NCBI RefSeq assembly: GCF_018350175.1 | Contig: NC_058383.1 | Span: forward strand, 19,718,001 to 19,782,000 | Reading direction: 5' to 3' | Length of the DNA: 64,000 nucleotides | Source of the DNA: Felis catus | Taxonomy: Eukaryota | Shown: positions 36,497 to 49,614 of the stretch, piece by piece | How positions within the stretch are numbered: the stretch's first letter is position 1 | Layout of the letters: every line of letters starts with the position of its first letter | The notes under the pieces: generated by a model | What the model was told of the DNA's origin: nothing | Databases searched by the model: none | Seen by the model: the letters and a program-made list of their open reading frames with translations, nothing else | Position numbers and translations under genes: made by a program

Positions 36497-37351
36497 CTGC
36501 GAGACAGTGCCTCGTCAGTCAGCTGCCGCCCCCACTGACCACAGGTCCCTGAACCCCCCAGCCTCCCGAACCTCTCCACGCCTTTCCGCACACCATTCCC
36601 TGCGCCCAGAATGCCCCAGCCCTCCCACGCACACTCCGGGCCAGGCATACGTTGAGCCTCCAAACAGATTACGAATCAGTAACTCCGTGACCGTAGCCGA
36701 CGATAACTAAGCACCGGCCTGTGGCAGCCACCCTCCAGCTGCTCCAGGTGTGTTCTCTTGTTGAATTCCTCACAACCCTCCACGGCGGTTCAGCGTCACC
36801 CCATTTCACAGATAGGGAAACTGAGGCACAGAGAGGCAAGCCAAGTGGCCCAGGTTCACCCAGCTGACAGGTGACAGGGCTGGCGTGGATGCCAAGCAGT
36901 CCGGCTTCTGGGCCCCGGATCCCAGCCTCTCTAGCATCTCCGGGCAGAGCCTCTGGGCCGGGAGAATGTTCTCATTTGTTAAACCTACCCGCCTAGAAAA
37001 AATCAGGTGGTTCCACAACAGATGCCTCTCCTTTGGCAAGAAACACACATGCTCCTCTGTCTGGGTCTCCGGACACACCATCCAGTGGCCGGGAAGCCTC
37101 TCATGTGGACAGAGGTGCTCGCAGGGAGACCACCCTGGTTCTGTCGGAGGGCAGGCAGGGGGAAGGCACTCGATCCCTCCCGAGATGACACCCAGCCCTG
37201 CTCTGCCCAGGTGACACGGCCAGGACCCCAGAGGGTCCTTCCTGGTCAGGGAACCGCATGTGGAAACAGCCCCATCCGGAGAGAGGGTCCCACGGGGGCC
37301 CTGGTGCCATCTCTCCGGTTCATTTTTGCCACATCCCTCTCTGGGCGTTTA

Positions 37352-37588
<237 letters not shown>

Positions 37589-37851
37589 TCAGAGCAGACG
37601 TGGGAGGCCGAGTCTGGCCGGGGACACACGGGCCCCGAAGTCGACGGGCCAAACGCACACTGCCTGGTTCGGCGCTAACACGCCTGTGTCCATGTTTCAC
37701 AGGACGGGGACTTAAAAACCAACTAAAAAAATTAATAGATAGCTTAATTAGGGAAGAGTTATCATTTTATTTTCAGATTTGTTCCTGTCATATGCATCTT
37801 CGTTTTCTGTTTGAAAAGCCTGATAGCACTGCTCTGCACTTAACCCAGCTT

Positions 37852-37978
37852 GGGGCGCCTGGGTGGCTCAGTCAGTTAAGCGTCCGACCCTTGATTCTGG
37901 CTCAGGTCACGATCTCACGGGTTCATGGGTTCGAGCCCCACATCAGGCTCTGTGCTGATAGCGTGCAGCCTGCTTGGG

Positions 37979-38025
<47 letters not shown>

Positions 38026-38255
38026 ATAAACAAACATAAAAAAAAAATAGGGGTGTCTCGTGGCTCAGTCGGTTAAGCATCCGACTTTGGCTCAGGTCAT
38101 GATCTCCTGGTTCACGAGTTGAACCTTCCATCGGGGCTCTGCGCTTAACAGTGCGGAGGCTGGAGCCTGCTTCAGATTCTGTCTCCCTCTCTCTCCGCCC
38201 CTCACACGTGCATGCATGCTCTCTCAAAAAATAATAAAAACATTAAAATAATAAG
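37852..38255 (+). mobile_element. Two tandem Can-SINEs with (TC)n microsatellite
   Basis: Heads at 37852 and ~38050; (TC)n 37982-38022. Confidence 0.9.
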
Positions 38256-39803
38256 TACATAAACAAGCCAACCAACTTGTAATTTTCTAAAGAATGCACT
38301 CTTTTTGAAAATCAAGTTAAAGAAAAACAAAAAAGAAAATGGGGTTGAGGATTTATCACATCTCCGCAGAGGAAGATTTTCCAAAATTGACTAATGATAA
38401 AGCAATCACAAGACATACATCTTAAATACGTTAATTGACATGAAGACCACTGACGTGGGAAACTTTTGAAGTGTGGTGAATGAGGGTTAGTGTAGAGAGC
38501 TCATACAAAATAAAAAGGAAAAATAACAAGGACCCCAATACGTGACTCCACAAATAATCAAAGGGCAAAACCCAGATATCACACAGAAATGAATTAGACG
38601 TAAGGAAGAGTTCACTCCCGTTAGGGAAGAAGTCTGAATGAAACGTCACTGATGCCACGGTTTCCCACTAATCAAACGAGCAGACTGGGCCAGGGATGCG
38701 GCCCAGTGGTGCTGAGGTGTGGGGAAAGGGGGCCCTGTGCAGGGCTGCTGGTGAGGTCAAGATAAAATCATTGCGACAGTGACTGGGGACGGGCCGGTCT
38801 TCAGGGTGTTCAGGCTCCGACCCAGCCGGCAGTGAGCTTGAGCAGTGCCCCTTTGTGCGGACGGGCCGGGGGCCTCACGGAGGCTGAGGTCGGGAAGATC
38901 ACCTCGAAGATCACCTACCGCGGGGGCAAACGGCTCGGAGGCTTTGGGAAATTCGACAGAAACTCAAGTCTGGTGCCTAAAGGGGGACAAGGGGGACCCC
39001 TCTGCTACTTTCTTCGGGTATTTCCTGAGTAACGCCTCCCGGGTCAAAGGGGCAGCTGCGGGCCAGCTTTTGGCCACTCTTTCAGTAGCAGCCCCTCCAA
39101 GTTCGGGCTGCTAAGAAGCCATCCGTCCTTCGGAATGGCTGGAAGGACGGATGCTCTGGAATGCTCTCCCCGCAGCAGCCTAGGAAGAAACACAGACAGG
39201 CTGCTGTGTCCGCTGTTCTGGGGCCCCCTGTCCTGTCGGCCAGAGGGGTGGGGGGGATGGGAGGAGATCCCCAAGGCCTCTGGGGACCTCCTGCTCCTCC
39301 GCCACCAGGCCGTCACACCACACAGCCGCTTCCCGCTGGGATCGTGCCAGGCCCTGGGCCTGTGGAATGCTGACAAGCTGACTGGTCCCTGACGACATTA
39401 CCAGGATTTCTGAAATATGACTGGTTGATTGAATGGTGTAATCAGAGCCACTGGACTCAGAGACCCCCCCAAGAGAAAGGAAGGCTCCCAGGATGTGACC
39501 TGATAATTAAAGGGAGGCCTGGCATGGTGGCCAAAATCTACAACATGGGGCCCCGGGGAGTAAAGGAAGAGGTTTTTGGGCAAGAGGTTTTGGGTGGTTT
39601 TTGGGCAAGAGGTTTCTGCCACTGAGCTCCGTGAAGGCAGAGAAGGCCCCAGAAAGCAGTGCAGGGACCTGCCAGGCAGCACTCTGGATGGCAGGGGTAA
39701 AAACACATCTCTGGGGACCCGAGATAAAGAGCCGGGTGGCCCTCCAAAAGGCAAAATATCCTCAAGGTTTCTGTTAAAAGCAATCGGACACTCTGCCTTC
39801 TAC

Positions 39804-40213
39804 TTTTTTTTTTTTTTAACTATTTTTTTTTTTTTTATTTGAGAGTATGTGGGGGGTGGGGAGGATAGGGACAGAGAGAGAGAGGGAGAAAGAGAGAGAG
39901 AGAATCTCAAGCAGATTCCATGCTCGGTGTGGAGCACAACTCGGGGCTTGATCCCATGACCCTGGGATCACACCGCGAGTTGAAATCAAGAGTCGGAGGC
40001 TTGACTCGGGTCATGATCTCGCGGTTTGTCAATTCGAGCCCCGCGTCGGGCTCGGTGCCGACAGCTCGGAGCCTGGAGCCCGCTTCGGATTCCGTGTCTC
40101 CCTCTCTCTCTGCCCCTCCCCCACTCTCACTCCGTCTCTCAAAAATCAATGTTAAAAAAGAATTAAACAACAAAAGAGTCAGAGGCTCAACGGACTGAAC
40201 CACTGGCACCCCC
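39804..40213. mobile_element. Can-SINE (-) containing an oppositely oriented Can-SINE (+, ~40002-40173)
   Basis: TSD aagagtc(g/a)gaggct at 39988-40001 and 40174-40187. Confidence 0.9.
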
Positions 40214-40850
40214 ACCTTCTGCTTCTAAAACTGCTTCCTCTTGTTCCAGTAAAATGGAAAATGGCTGCTCCAGGACAAGGAGCCAAGTTTACCTGTGGCT
40301 TCTCGGGTCCCCCTGGAAGGTGTGACTGAGGTCAGGTCTCTGGGGACCGTACGGTTGGACTCCCCTTTTCCTTCATTAAGCAAGAGAGGACAGGAGGCAG
40401 GGCCTACAAGTCCTAATTCGGGAGACCCGGGCAAGAGACCCCAGCCCACCTAGCCCCCACCTGCTCCGGCCTCTTTCATTTCCGGCGCACGGGCTCCTGG
40501 CGGCTGGCACAGCCCCCACAGGGCCCGGGTCCCCCGGCGGGACAGGCGGTGAGAGCGGCCCCAGCCCAGCGGCACCGCGGTGCCCGAGCCCCACCAAAGC
40601 TCACCAGTCGCCGGGGTCTCAATTCGAGTTTTCCTCGACCGCGCCTTTTCCCTCAACCCTGCCCAGCCACCTGTGTCCAGCCCCCGGCCGTTGGCACCTG
40701 TCTGACACCTGTCCAAACTGTTCAATCATCTCCCTAGGATGAGCCTTCAGATGGTTCCAGCCTCACTAGGCAGTTTTGAAAGTATGGAACATGATCGGAT
40801 TCCACTTCTCTTTGTTCCCTTATTGTGCCTCCGTTTAAAAATAAAGTCTA

Positions 40851-41085
40851 GGGGCGCCTGGGTGGCGCAGTCGGTTAAGCGTCTGACTTCAGCCAGGTCA
40901 CAATCTCGCGGTCCGTGAGTTCGAGCCCCGCGTCAGGCTCTGGGCTGATGGCTCAGAGCCTGGAGCCTGCTTCAGATTCTGTGTCTCCCTCTCTCTCTGC
41001 CCCTCCCCCGTTCGTGCTCTGTCTCTCTCTGTCCCAAAAATAAATAAAAAATGTTGAAAAAAAATTAAAAAAAAAAAATAAAGTC
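40851..41085 (+). mobile_element. Young SINEC_Fc-type SINE
   Basis: Near-consensus copy; TSD aaaaataaagtcta. Confidence 0.95.
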
Positions 41086-42405
41086 TATTTTTTCTCACGA
41101 TGATGACTATACATCCTCATTATAATAGACACTTTGCAAACTGCGGAGAAAAAAAGGGAAAACTACTCACGGTCTTACCACCCACGAATCGCTGTGAATC
41201 TTCTGGGCCCTTTCTTCCTGTTCCCACCAGAGCTAAGGTCCCTCCGTGTCAGGGCACATCCTTTCTCGCTTCCCCCCAGCCGGCGGGCCCCCAAGTTCCC
41301 ACGGTGGCTTCATGAGCGAGCCCTGCACCCAGGGCGCTGGGTGACAGGCGTGTGGGGGGGGCACACCGCCAGGTGGGGGCTGAGAGCATTTCTGCCAGTC
41401 CTGGGAGGCCGGTGGGGCCAGCCTCTGATGCCCCCTTCTTAGGGCCGACTGGTGAAGGAGAGAAGGAGCTGGTGCAGGACCTCTACCCCCGGGCACTCTC
41501 CCTCACGACTGCCCTGGCTCTCCTGACAGATCTCCCCGCAATGCCTCCTCTCACTGGGACCCCTCCTGCTCAGAAACCTCCCAGGGGCCCCCGCTGCCTT
41601 GCAGATAGGTCCGATTTCTTGGTCTGGCCTTCAAGGCTCTCCCCGCTGGGCCCCAGCCTCCCTCACTACCTTCTTGCTCTGCTCTTCTGAATGAACCCTC
41701 CGAGGCAGGCGGCCGCGGCCGGCACTTGGGGCCCGCTCCAGGGTGCAGCCCGAGTCTCGGTGCAGGAGCGCCTCTCACTGGAATGTCCTGCCTCCAGCCT
41801 GGCCGGGCCCTGCTCTTCCTCTCCGCCGGCCCGAGACCCCCTCCATTCTCAGTCTTCGACCAGTCTGTCCTGAGGGTCTTCGATCTGGCCAACCAGCACT
41901 GGGGACCCACGGGAGACGAACCCGGGCCCGGCTGGGCACACACGGGCCCAGCTCGGGGCGACGGCCTCGTGAGCAGACAGCTGACACCGGGTAAGGACGG
42001 TGCTGGGACCGCCCAGAGAACCCTCACCAAGGAAGGCAGCGACCCGCTCTTTGTGGGTCGGGTCAGAGCCTGCCGCCCGCACTTGGCTCCCCAAGACCCA
42101 TTCGTCAGGTGTGACCACACCGGCTCAGACTTCCGGCTCCACCCGCTGGGGCCACCTCCTCCCCCTACCGGGGTCTCGGGGCCCTGGGGTCGGCAGGCCC
42201 AGGCTCTCACTGGCCACCTGGCAGCTTTGTCTGCTCTCCGCCCGCTGCTGGAGGACGCAGGTGCCACGCAAGGTTCTCCTTGCTCACCAGTGGGGTGGGT
42301 GATGAGGCTGTCAGGCCCTTTCCTGCCTTCTGGGCTCAGAGCTCAGGAAGGGAGGTGGGACAGAGGGAGAGCGGAAAAGACAAGAGGAGAGGGCGTCAGA
42401 CTTAC

Positions 42406-42450
42406 CTGGTCAAAGAGCTGGTGCTGAGCCAGGTACCCGACGTCCCTCGG
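42406..42450 (-). CDS. KDM8: KDM8 coding exon 4
   Basis: gctcag acceptor; PRDVGYLAQHQLFDQ; GTAAGT donor. Confidence 0.96.
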
Positions 42451-44309
42451 CTGAGCCGCAAGAGAAAAACCAGAAGTGACACAGAATGCCTGGTTAGTCG
42501 TAAGGGACACCCTGCAGGTGCTGCCGTTAGTGGCCTCTCGGCACCAGGGTGCACCCGGCCCCAGACAGCCACTTGGCAAGGACCCTCGGCTCCATCCTGC
42601 TTGGTCCCCTCTGTGACCTGGGGGCGAATGGGACGCTCTCCCTCTGGGGCCAGGCTGGGCCTGGGGGAGACGCCGATCTGGGGCCGCCTCTGTAGGGGCT
42701 GCTCCAGGACTCAGCTTCCTCCCTGAAAATGAAGAGGCTGCACTTATAGGAGGCTTTTTCATAAACAAAAATGGAACTACAGTATATGTATTACTTTGGA
42801 AAATTTTTCATTTAATGACAACATCACGAATATCTCTTCAGGTGAGCACAGACATACGTGCCTCATTCTTTTGACGGGTCCATGTTTCATAGACGGGACA
42901 GATCATTATGAAGTCAACCATCCCCTGCTGGTGGACAGTCAGGGTGTTTTCCCGGCATTTCCACAAACAGTCTAACATTCTGGGCCTTCCTTATGTTTAT
43001 GTTCTCCCAAAAGCAGAACAACCGAGTCAAGGGGCATGAGCATTCTAAATTCCAGTTGCTTCTGCCAGGTTATTTTCCCAAAAGTGAATCCCAGGTTGCC
43101 TTCCTGGCAAAACTGTCAGTGCCCGCTTCCTACACGCTGGCCTGCCCTGGGGATGATCATCTTGTGAGAATTTCCACAAGCAGATGGATGAAAAGATCTG
43201 TGCTTTCCACACTGGGCTCCACAAGGCTCAGGGGCTTCCTGGGAGGAAGGGCTTCCTGTCTAGGGCTCTGGAAGGGCCAGTGGGGGCAGAGCTTGCGCGA
43301 GGCTGCCCCTCCCCGCCCCCCACTCCACAGCCAGGGCGGAAGTCAGCCTGGGTCTAACGGGCTCTGGGGCTCAAACTGTGTTGAAGGACACGAAGGCTCC
43401 TCTCTCGAATCCCTGGAGAACCTCTGTGCTTCCAACCCTCTCTCTCATTGCCTTGTCTTCCTTACAGCTATGGAAGCTACAACATGCCAGACCAGGGCTA
43501 CGAGGTGGGCACGGCCGGATGTGATGTGGTCTCTCCTGCCATGGATACTGTGGCCCAGAGACACTAACTTCGGTTAACCGGGCACTGGCCGTGCCACGCT
43601 TACAGCTTGCCACGTTTAACTCTCACAAACGACCCTGTGAAGTAGGCATCAGCAACCTCCAACGAATCCCAAAGCCAGGACACTGAGGATCGAGAGGTTC
43701 GGCAACCAGCCTGGGCCACAGAGCCGGCAAGACGGTGCTGGAGTTAACGCTCTCCCGCCTCAACCCGAAGCGCACCTGCCTGCCCCCTGGCAAACCGCAC
43801 CTCCGGTTCTGCGCTCCGCTCTGGGCTCGGGGCTTCTTCCCGGAAAAGGGGACTGGAAAGGGGGTTCACTCCTGCGAGCACAGGGGCAGAGCAGCATCGC
43901 GTGCTCTCGTGCCCGGTTCCCTTCTCCAGGCCTCTGGGCGACAAGGGACGCAGTGGGGGTGGGTGTGGAAGGCGGGGGACGTGGGTACGGAAGAGGTCTG
44001 TGAACGCAGCGGGACGAGGCCGCGCCCCGGAGAACCGTACCAGGCGCCGGCAGAGGAGGCCGGACACTTGGGAAGAGAAGCGATGGGGGCAGGAAGGGTG
44101 ATGGTGCAGGGTGGGGGGAGATCTGGGGGGCCCTCAGGAGCTCACAGTTACGATGTCGAACAGCGTCCAACGGGAGAGACTGTCAGCCAGCACGGTCACC
44201 ACTTGGGCCCTGTGGCTGCAGCGGACCCAGACGAAACCAGATCAGAACTCACAGGGCCCGGGCCCGGGGCCGCCTTGGGTGTGGGAAGGGGAAGCCACCA
44301 CTGCCCTTA

Positions 44310-44890
44310 TCTGAGACGGTAAAACGGCACCACTGCTTCTGAGAACAGCCTGACAGTTCCTCAAGAACGGTTAAACACGGAGTCCCCACAGAACCCAGCG
44401 GTCCCGCCTCTGGCACACACCCGGGAGAGACGAACACTTGTACGTGCGCACTCACGGCGGCGTTTTCCACGCCAGCCAAAGTGTGTGCAACCCGAACGGC
44501 TGTCAGCCGATGCCAGAACGCAACGTGGGGTCTCCATGCAACAGAAGGGTACTGGGCACAGCCAGGGACGAGGGACTGACGGCGGGCCACGGCGTAGACG
44601 AACCCAGACGGCACTCTGCCGAGCGGAAGTGGCCACAGACGCCCACGTTTGATACGATTCCATTTCTATGAAATGTCCAGAATTGGGAGACCCACAGAAA
44701 CAGGAAGCAGGCTAGTGGCCGTCTGAGGACGGGGTGGGAGGGCCGAAGGTGAAATGACTGTTCATGGCTACCGGTTCTTTGGGAGTAATGAGAATGTTCT
44801 GGAATGAGACACTGGTGATGGCCAAAAAACCTTACAAATACACTAAAAAACCACCAAATCGTTCCGCCACAAATTAAATAAAATAAAAGA
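44310..44890 (+). mobile_element. L1MB-type 3' end, unusually GC/CpG-rich
   Basis: attccatttctatgaaatgtccagaa...gagaatgttctggaat...ggtgatgg and an A-rich tail. Confidence 0.8.
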
Positions 44891-45066
44891 CTTGAAATGA
44901 GTCGCGTTGTGCCCGCCCGGCAGCCTGCCCCCCTCGCTCTGGCCCACCCGCCTTCTGACCACAGGCTCTGAGAGACGGATGCCTCCAAAAGGCTGCCCTG
45001 CAGTGCCCGAATGTCACGCGTCCTCCCTACTGTGAGCCCCACGGGAAAGGAGGCGCGGAGACATAC

Positions 45067-45199
45067 CTCATCCCTGATGTACTTGCTGATGAACTCGTTG
45101 ACCGTCATGAGCGTCTGGGACCACTCCTCGTCAGTGTACCTGGAACCAACCTCCACCGGGACAGTCCGGCAGCCGGCGACGTCCTGGATGTACTCCAAG
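45067..45199 (-). CDS. KDM8: KDM8 coding exon 3
   Basis: ttccag acceptor; (S)[50 protein letters not shown] donor. Confidence 0.97.
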
Positions 45200-46273
45200 C
45201 TGGAAGACAGACGCGTACGGTCACCATCACCTGCGTGCTGAGCCTTGCCGGGCCCTCCGCTAAGTGTGCTTCACACGGGTCTCCTTTTGTCTTCCCGGAA
45301 CCTCTGGGGGACAGGCTGTCACCCCCACCGCACTGGCGAGGGCGCTCAGGTGCAGACACGTGGGGTTACGTGCCCACTGGCACCACGGAGCTTTGCAGAG
45401 AGATCCAGTGGGGCTGGCCTGCCAAGGCTCTTGCTGGGAGGTTCTATCTCCCTGCTGGCCAGGAACTCCCAGTTCTCTCTCTGCTCACCTCCTCTCTAAG
45501 CTGGGAAACCTCCTTGGAGCCAATGGCACAGAGTGCAGCGCAGACAGGCCTGCGTCCTGAACGCCAAGGACCTCTGGCACGTTACTTAACCTCTCTAAGC
45601 CCTTGGCCCCCATTTGTAAACGGGGGCGATGACAGTACCTGTCCCACGGGAACCAGGGCGGACAGAGAGGGAGCAAACCTGGCACGTGCTCAATCCGGTA
45701 AAACACCCCTGCAGCAGAGCTCCTCCCACAGCCTCGGCGGGAACCGCCCCCTCCACGGACCCCCAGACACAGGTGACCCGGCCACCCGTCCTCACAGACC
45801 CCTGCTCCTTCCCATAGGCATTACGGCCACTGTCCAGCAGCCTGAGCCGCTCTTACAACCATGAATCCGGGGTGGGAGACCAGATGCAGATGTGAGGAGG
45901 GAACGAGCCCAAGAGCCCCGCCGAGAGAGAAGGGGACGTGTCTTAGGCTCTTGCTTCTGCTCTGAAGCCGCGAGGCCCCCGAGAAGGCCCACGGGATGGC
46001 TCAGCTCCTGCAAAATGCCACGAACAGACTTAACGCGGCACCGCCACGCCAGCACTCGCTACAACACCTGCTTGGCGCAAGTGAGCTGAGGACGCCACGG
46101 ATCTTACGACCTCCGGCGTGAACTTGGAGCAGCGCCATCTTGTTTAACCTCAGCAGCCCACGCGGGACCGGTCGGGAAGCGTGTGCGAGGCTGCATTTCC
46201 CGGGGGAGGAAGAGAGGTGGAAGCCGGGTCCTGAAATGGGCCGAGGAGGCTCCCGGGCCTCACAGCCACCCAC

Positions 46274-46440
46274 CTCCACTTCTTCATGCACGGCCACTGG
46301 TCGGCCACGCCTTCCAGGATCACAGGCCTCCCCGGAACCAGAAAATGCTTCCGGAAGTGCTGGAGGGATGGGCAGCGGAGCCGGGGCACCGTTCTCTCAG
46401 ACCTCACGTCTGGAATCCAAACACGGTCGTGCCTCGCTTT
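46274..46440 (-). CDS. KDM8: KDM8 coding exon 2
   Basis: aaacag acceptor; KARHDRVWIPDVRSERTVPRLRCPSLQHFRKHFLVPGRPVILEGVADQWPCMKKW; GTGGGT donor, phase 2. Confidence 0.96.
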
Positions 46441-46638
46441 CTGTTTAAAAGCAAAACAAAATAGCAGCACGTGCAGCAGAGTTAACATTCGGGGCCATCC
46501 GCCGGGAACGTGCGTCCGTCCCCGGCAGGCTAGCTCGGCTGTCACGAATGGGAACAGCTAACATCTGTCATTGTCACTGCTGCTGCTGCTCCTGGTACTC
46601 CTGGCCCTTTCCTACTAGATCACTTAAAGCGTCTGTTC

Positions 46639-47052
46639 AGGGCGCCTGGGTGGCTCGGTTGGTTAAGCGTCGGACTCTTGGTTTTGGCTACGGTCATGAT
46701 CTCACGGTTTTGTGAGTTCGAGCCCCGTGTTAGGCTCCACTTGGGATTTTTCCTCCCTCTCTGCCCCTCTCCTGCTTGCACGCTCTCTCTCTCACAAAAA
46801 TAAATAAATATTAAAAAAGAGTAGGGGCGCCTGGGTGGCGCAGTCGGTTAAGCGTCTGACTTCAGCCAGGTCACGATCTTGCGGTCCGTGAGTTCGAGCC
46901 CCGCGTCGGGCTCTGGGCTGATGGCTCAGAGCCTGGAGCCTGTTTCCGATTCTGTGTCTCCCTCTCTCTCTGCCCCTCCCCCGTTCATGCTCTGTCTCTC
47001 TCTGTCCCAAAAATAAATAAACGTTGAAAAAAAAATTTTTTCTTAAAAAAGA
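46639..47052 (+). mobile_element. Two tandem Can-SINEs
   Basis: Heads at ~46639 and 46824; the second has TSD aaagagtag. Confidence 0.92.
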
Positions 47053-47436
47053 AAGAGTAGATAAAGCATCTATTTGATTGTAAAAGGAACGTGAGGCTTT
47101 CACAGAAACTCCGCAGAGGAGACGTTACGACCCCAAATGCCGTCTGATGTTAAAGTACTCTGTCATTACTATGCGTTCCTCTCCCATCCTGTCACTCGTG
47201 AGGAGAGGACCGTTGACCCACCCGCAGGAATATGCAGGACGAATGAGCCACGTTTCCACGTTGCCACTCAGTCCCCGCGATGTCTTCTGAGGGGCTGTGC
47301 CGGAATTTCCCAGCCACCTCCCAACTGAGTGACCTGAGCAAGGTAGTGTCTTGGGGCCTCAGGCTCCTCTTCTGTTACATGACCGGGAGACTAGGTGTCA
47401 CACGCGAAGTGCCCAGGATCGCTGGCAGGAGCGTCC

Positions 47437-47643
47437 GCTCCCTCTGCCCCCACTGCTGCACGTGTGCGCGCCAGCTCTGCCCCCGCCCCCTCTGCTGCAC
47501 GCGCATGCGTCAGCTCTGCCCCCCCCTGCACGTCTGTGCGCCAGCTCTGACCCTGCCCCCTCTGCTGTATGCGCGTGCGTCAGCTCTGCCCCCCCCCCCT
47601 CCCGCCCCACCCCACTGCACGTGTGTGCGCCAGCTCTGACCCC
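47437..47643. repeat. GC-rich minisatellite, ~5 units of 30-50 bp
   Basis: Repeated CTGCACG(T/C)GTGCG(C/T)CAGCTCTG(C/A)CCC core. Confidence 0.85.
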
Positions 47644-48933
47644 GCGGCAGTGACGACTACCAGTCTCACCCCAGGCCGTGCACGCGGCCTCGTGCTCACC
47701 ATCCCTGTTCTACCCTCTGCTCTCATTTCCTCTCACGCCCTCGTCAGAGGCACCTCCCTGAGCACCGTGAGCGGAGCTGCCTCCCCCACCTTCCCCCCCC
47801 CCCCCCCCCGCACGGAGAACACATTCTGTAACAGCCTCTCTGTAACCCAGACTCCAGGAGAACAGGCCCTTCTGTACGTATCATGCCCTCGGCGCCTGGC
47901 ACATCTAGGCCACCGCTGGTGCCGTAAAGCTGCCGAGCAAACCCCTCCCCCTTACAGGCATGGGAACGCAGGGGGCAGAGAGGAGTCAAGACACCTGCCC
48001 GACTCACAGGCGGTGGGCAGCTGGTGGGAACGTGGCCCGGGAGGCCGACTCCAGACCTGAGCTCTCACCCCCCCGGCTACACGCACTGCCCACCACCACC
48101 CGCACCGTGAGCCCCACCCTGGGCACGGGGCCACCTCTGTGTTCCTTTGGGACAGAGTTGGCTAGGAAAGGGCAGTGGACAGTGAAACTCCCGGGTCAAA
48201 GGACACTGGCATCTGCCCCCCGTGGTCTGCATGTCTGCCCTGCCCTCTGAAAGGTCAACCCACGCACCCTGCCCTTGGCCCCCTGGCATCCTCCGTGGCA
48301 CCGGTATCGCATAAACCCTCCTTTGTCAGTTTCACGGCCAGACATGTTACCTCACTGTTCTTGCCTTTTTTTTTAACCACAGGTGAGGCCGAGCATTTTC
48401 CCACACGCCTAGAGGTATGGTAAGTGAGGTCCGCGTGTCAGCGCTGGGACCCGAAGCCTGGCCTCGGCCCTGCAGGGTAGTCCTCATGCGCTAAACACTG
48501 GGAAGGCCACATGCCGGGACCCTGAGGGTGGCACCCAGCAGTCACAGGAATGGGAGATGGTTGGATGTAGTAGCACGTGGCCCAAACGCGGTGGCACGGA
48601 GAGCAAGGCAGCCAGGAAAGGGGTGAGCTTCCAGGGCCTGACCAAGAGCAAGCTGGAAGGTGTGGGCCCATGTGTCCCTCCAGGCTGCTGCTCTCTGGAG
48701 CCACGGCGCGTCCACCTCCCTCTCTCCTGAAAGGGCACTGCTTGTGTAGACACTGGGGGTGGGGGTGGGGGGGGATCGGAAATCACGCCAAGCGCCTCCC
48801 CTTCCGAATCCACAGAGACACTATTTTCATGCCTCGAGGCCTCGCCCCCCAGGGAGAGCGCACTCCTTCCGTCTAGAAAAACAGGACCGGCGGGGCACCT
48901 GAGGTGTGGCAGGCGGCAATCCCACCCAGATAC

Positions 48934-49425
48934 CTTCTCGTGGGGCTGCTCCTGGGCCGGGCCCGGGGCGGGCCTCTTTCCCGAGGGGAGGTGCGCCTGC
49001 AGGACGGCCGCGACTTTAGTGAGGATGTCCCCGAGGATGGCCGCCCCCATCAGCAGACCCATGTCGCAGACTCTCAGGGCTGCGGCCACGGCGCCGGCGT
49101 CCCCGGGCTCCTCGCACAGACACACGGCCTTCAGGAGGCAGCCGAAGGCGTACACGCGGCGCCAGTCTCTGTGCACGTCGCGCCACGGGCCCGTGTTGAG
49201 TTTCTCCCAGGAGTAGTCCAGGATGGCCTCGCTGGCCTGCAGACACTCGCCCCCACGGCCGCCGCAGAACAGCTCGACCGCTTCCTGCAGCAGCCGCACA
49301 ACGCTGCGCTCCACCCTCTCCCCGAGCTGCAGCGTCAGCTCCTCTTTAGTGGGGGGCAGGAGCGCCCTGAGTGCCTCCCGGAGGGTGCCGGCTCCAGCCA
49401 GGGGCTCCCGGTCGCCCTCGGCCAT
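48934..49425 (-). CDS. KDM8: KDM8 (JMJD5, JmjC hydroxylase/peptidase) first coding exon
   Basis: Acceptor ttcccgcag (exon begins 49459), ATG at 49425. MAEGDREPLAGAGTLREALRALLP...LDYSWEKLNTGPW...VCDMGLLMGAAILGDIL...EQPHEK. GTATCT donor. Confidence 0.96.
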
Positions 49426-49614
49426 GGGGCCCTCTGCCGGCCGGGTCGTGACGACGGTACTGCGGGAAGAAAGAACAGTTAGAGCAGAACAGCGTGTCGC
49501 GTGCCCAAACACATACATTTGTAGATTTTCATAAGATCAAACTGGGGAGGGGGGAGCTAGAGCCGTGATGATATGCAGTAGCGAAAACATCACCCACTGA
49601 GATTTTTAATGTAT

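Noticed and set aside
40851..40940. tRNA-like sequences at SINE heads throughout the window
   Set aside because: They are tRNA-derived Can-SINE heads followed by (CT)n and A tails, not tRNA genes.
48484..49518. 344-aa ORF as a single-exon gene
   Set aside because: It is the KDM8 first coding exon plus flanking intron read-through; canonical splice sites at 49459 and 48934 explain it.
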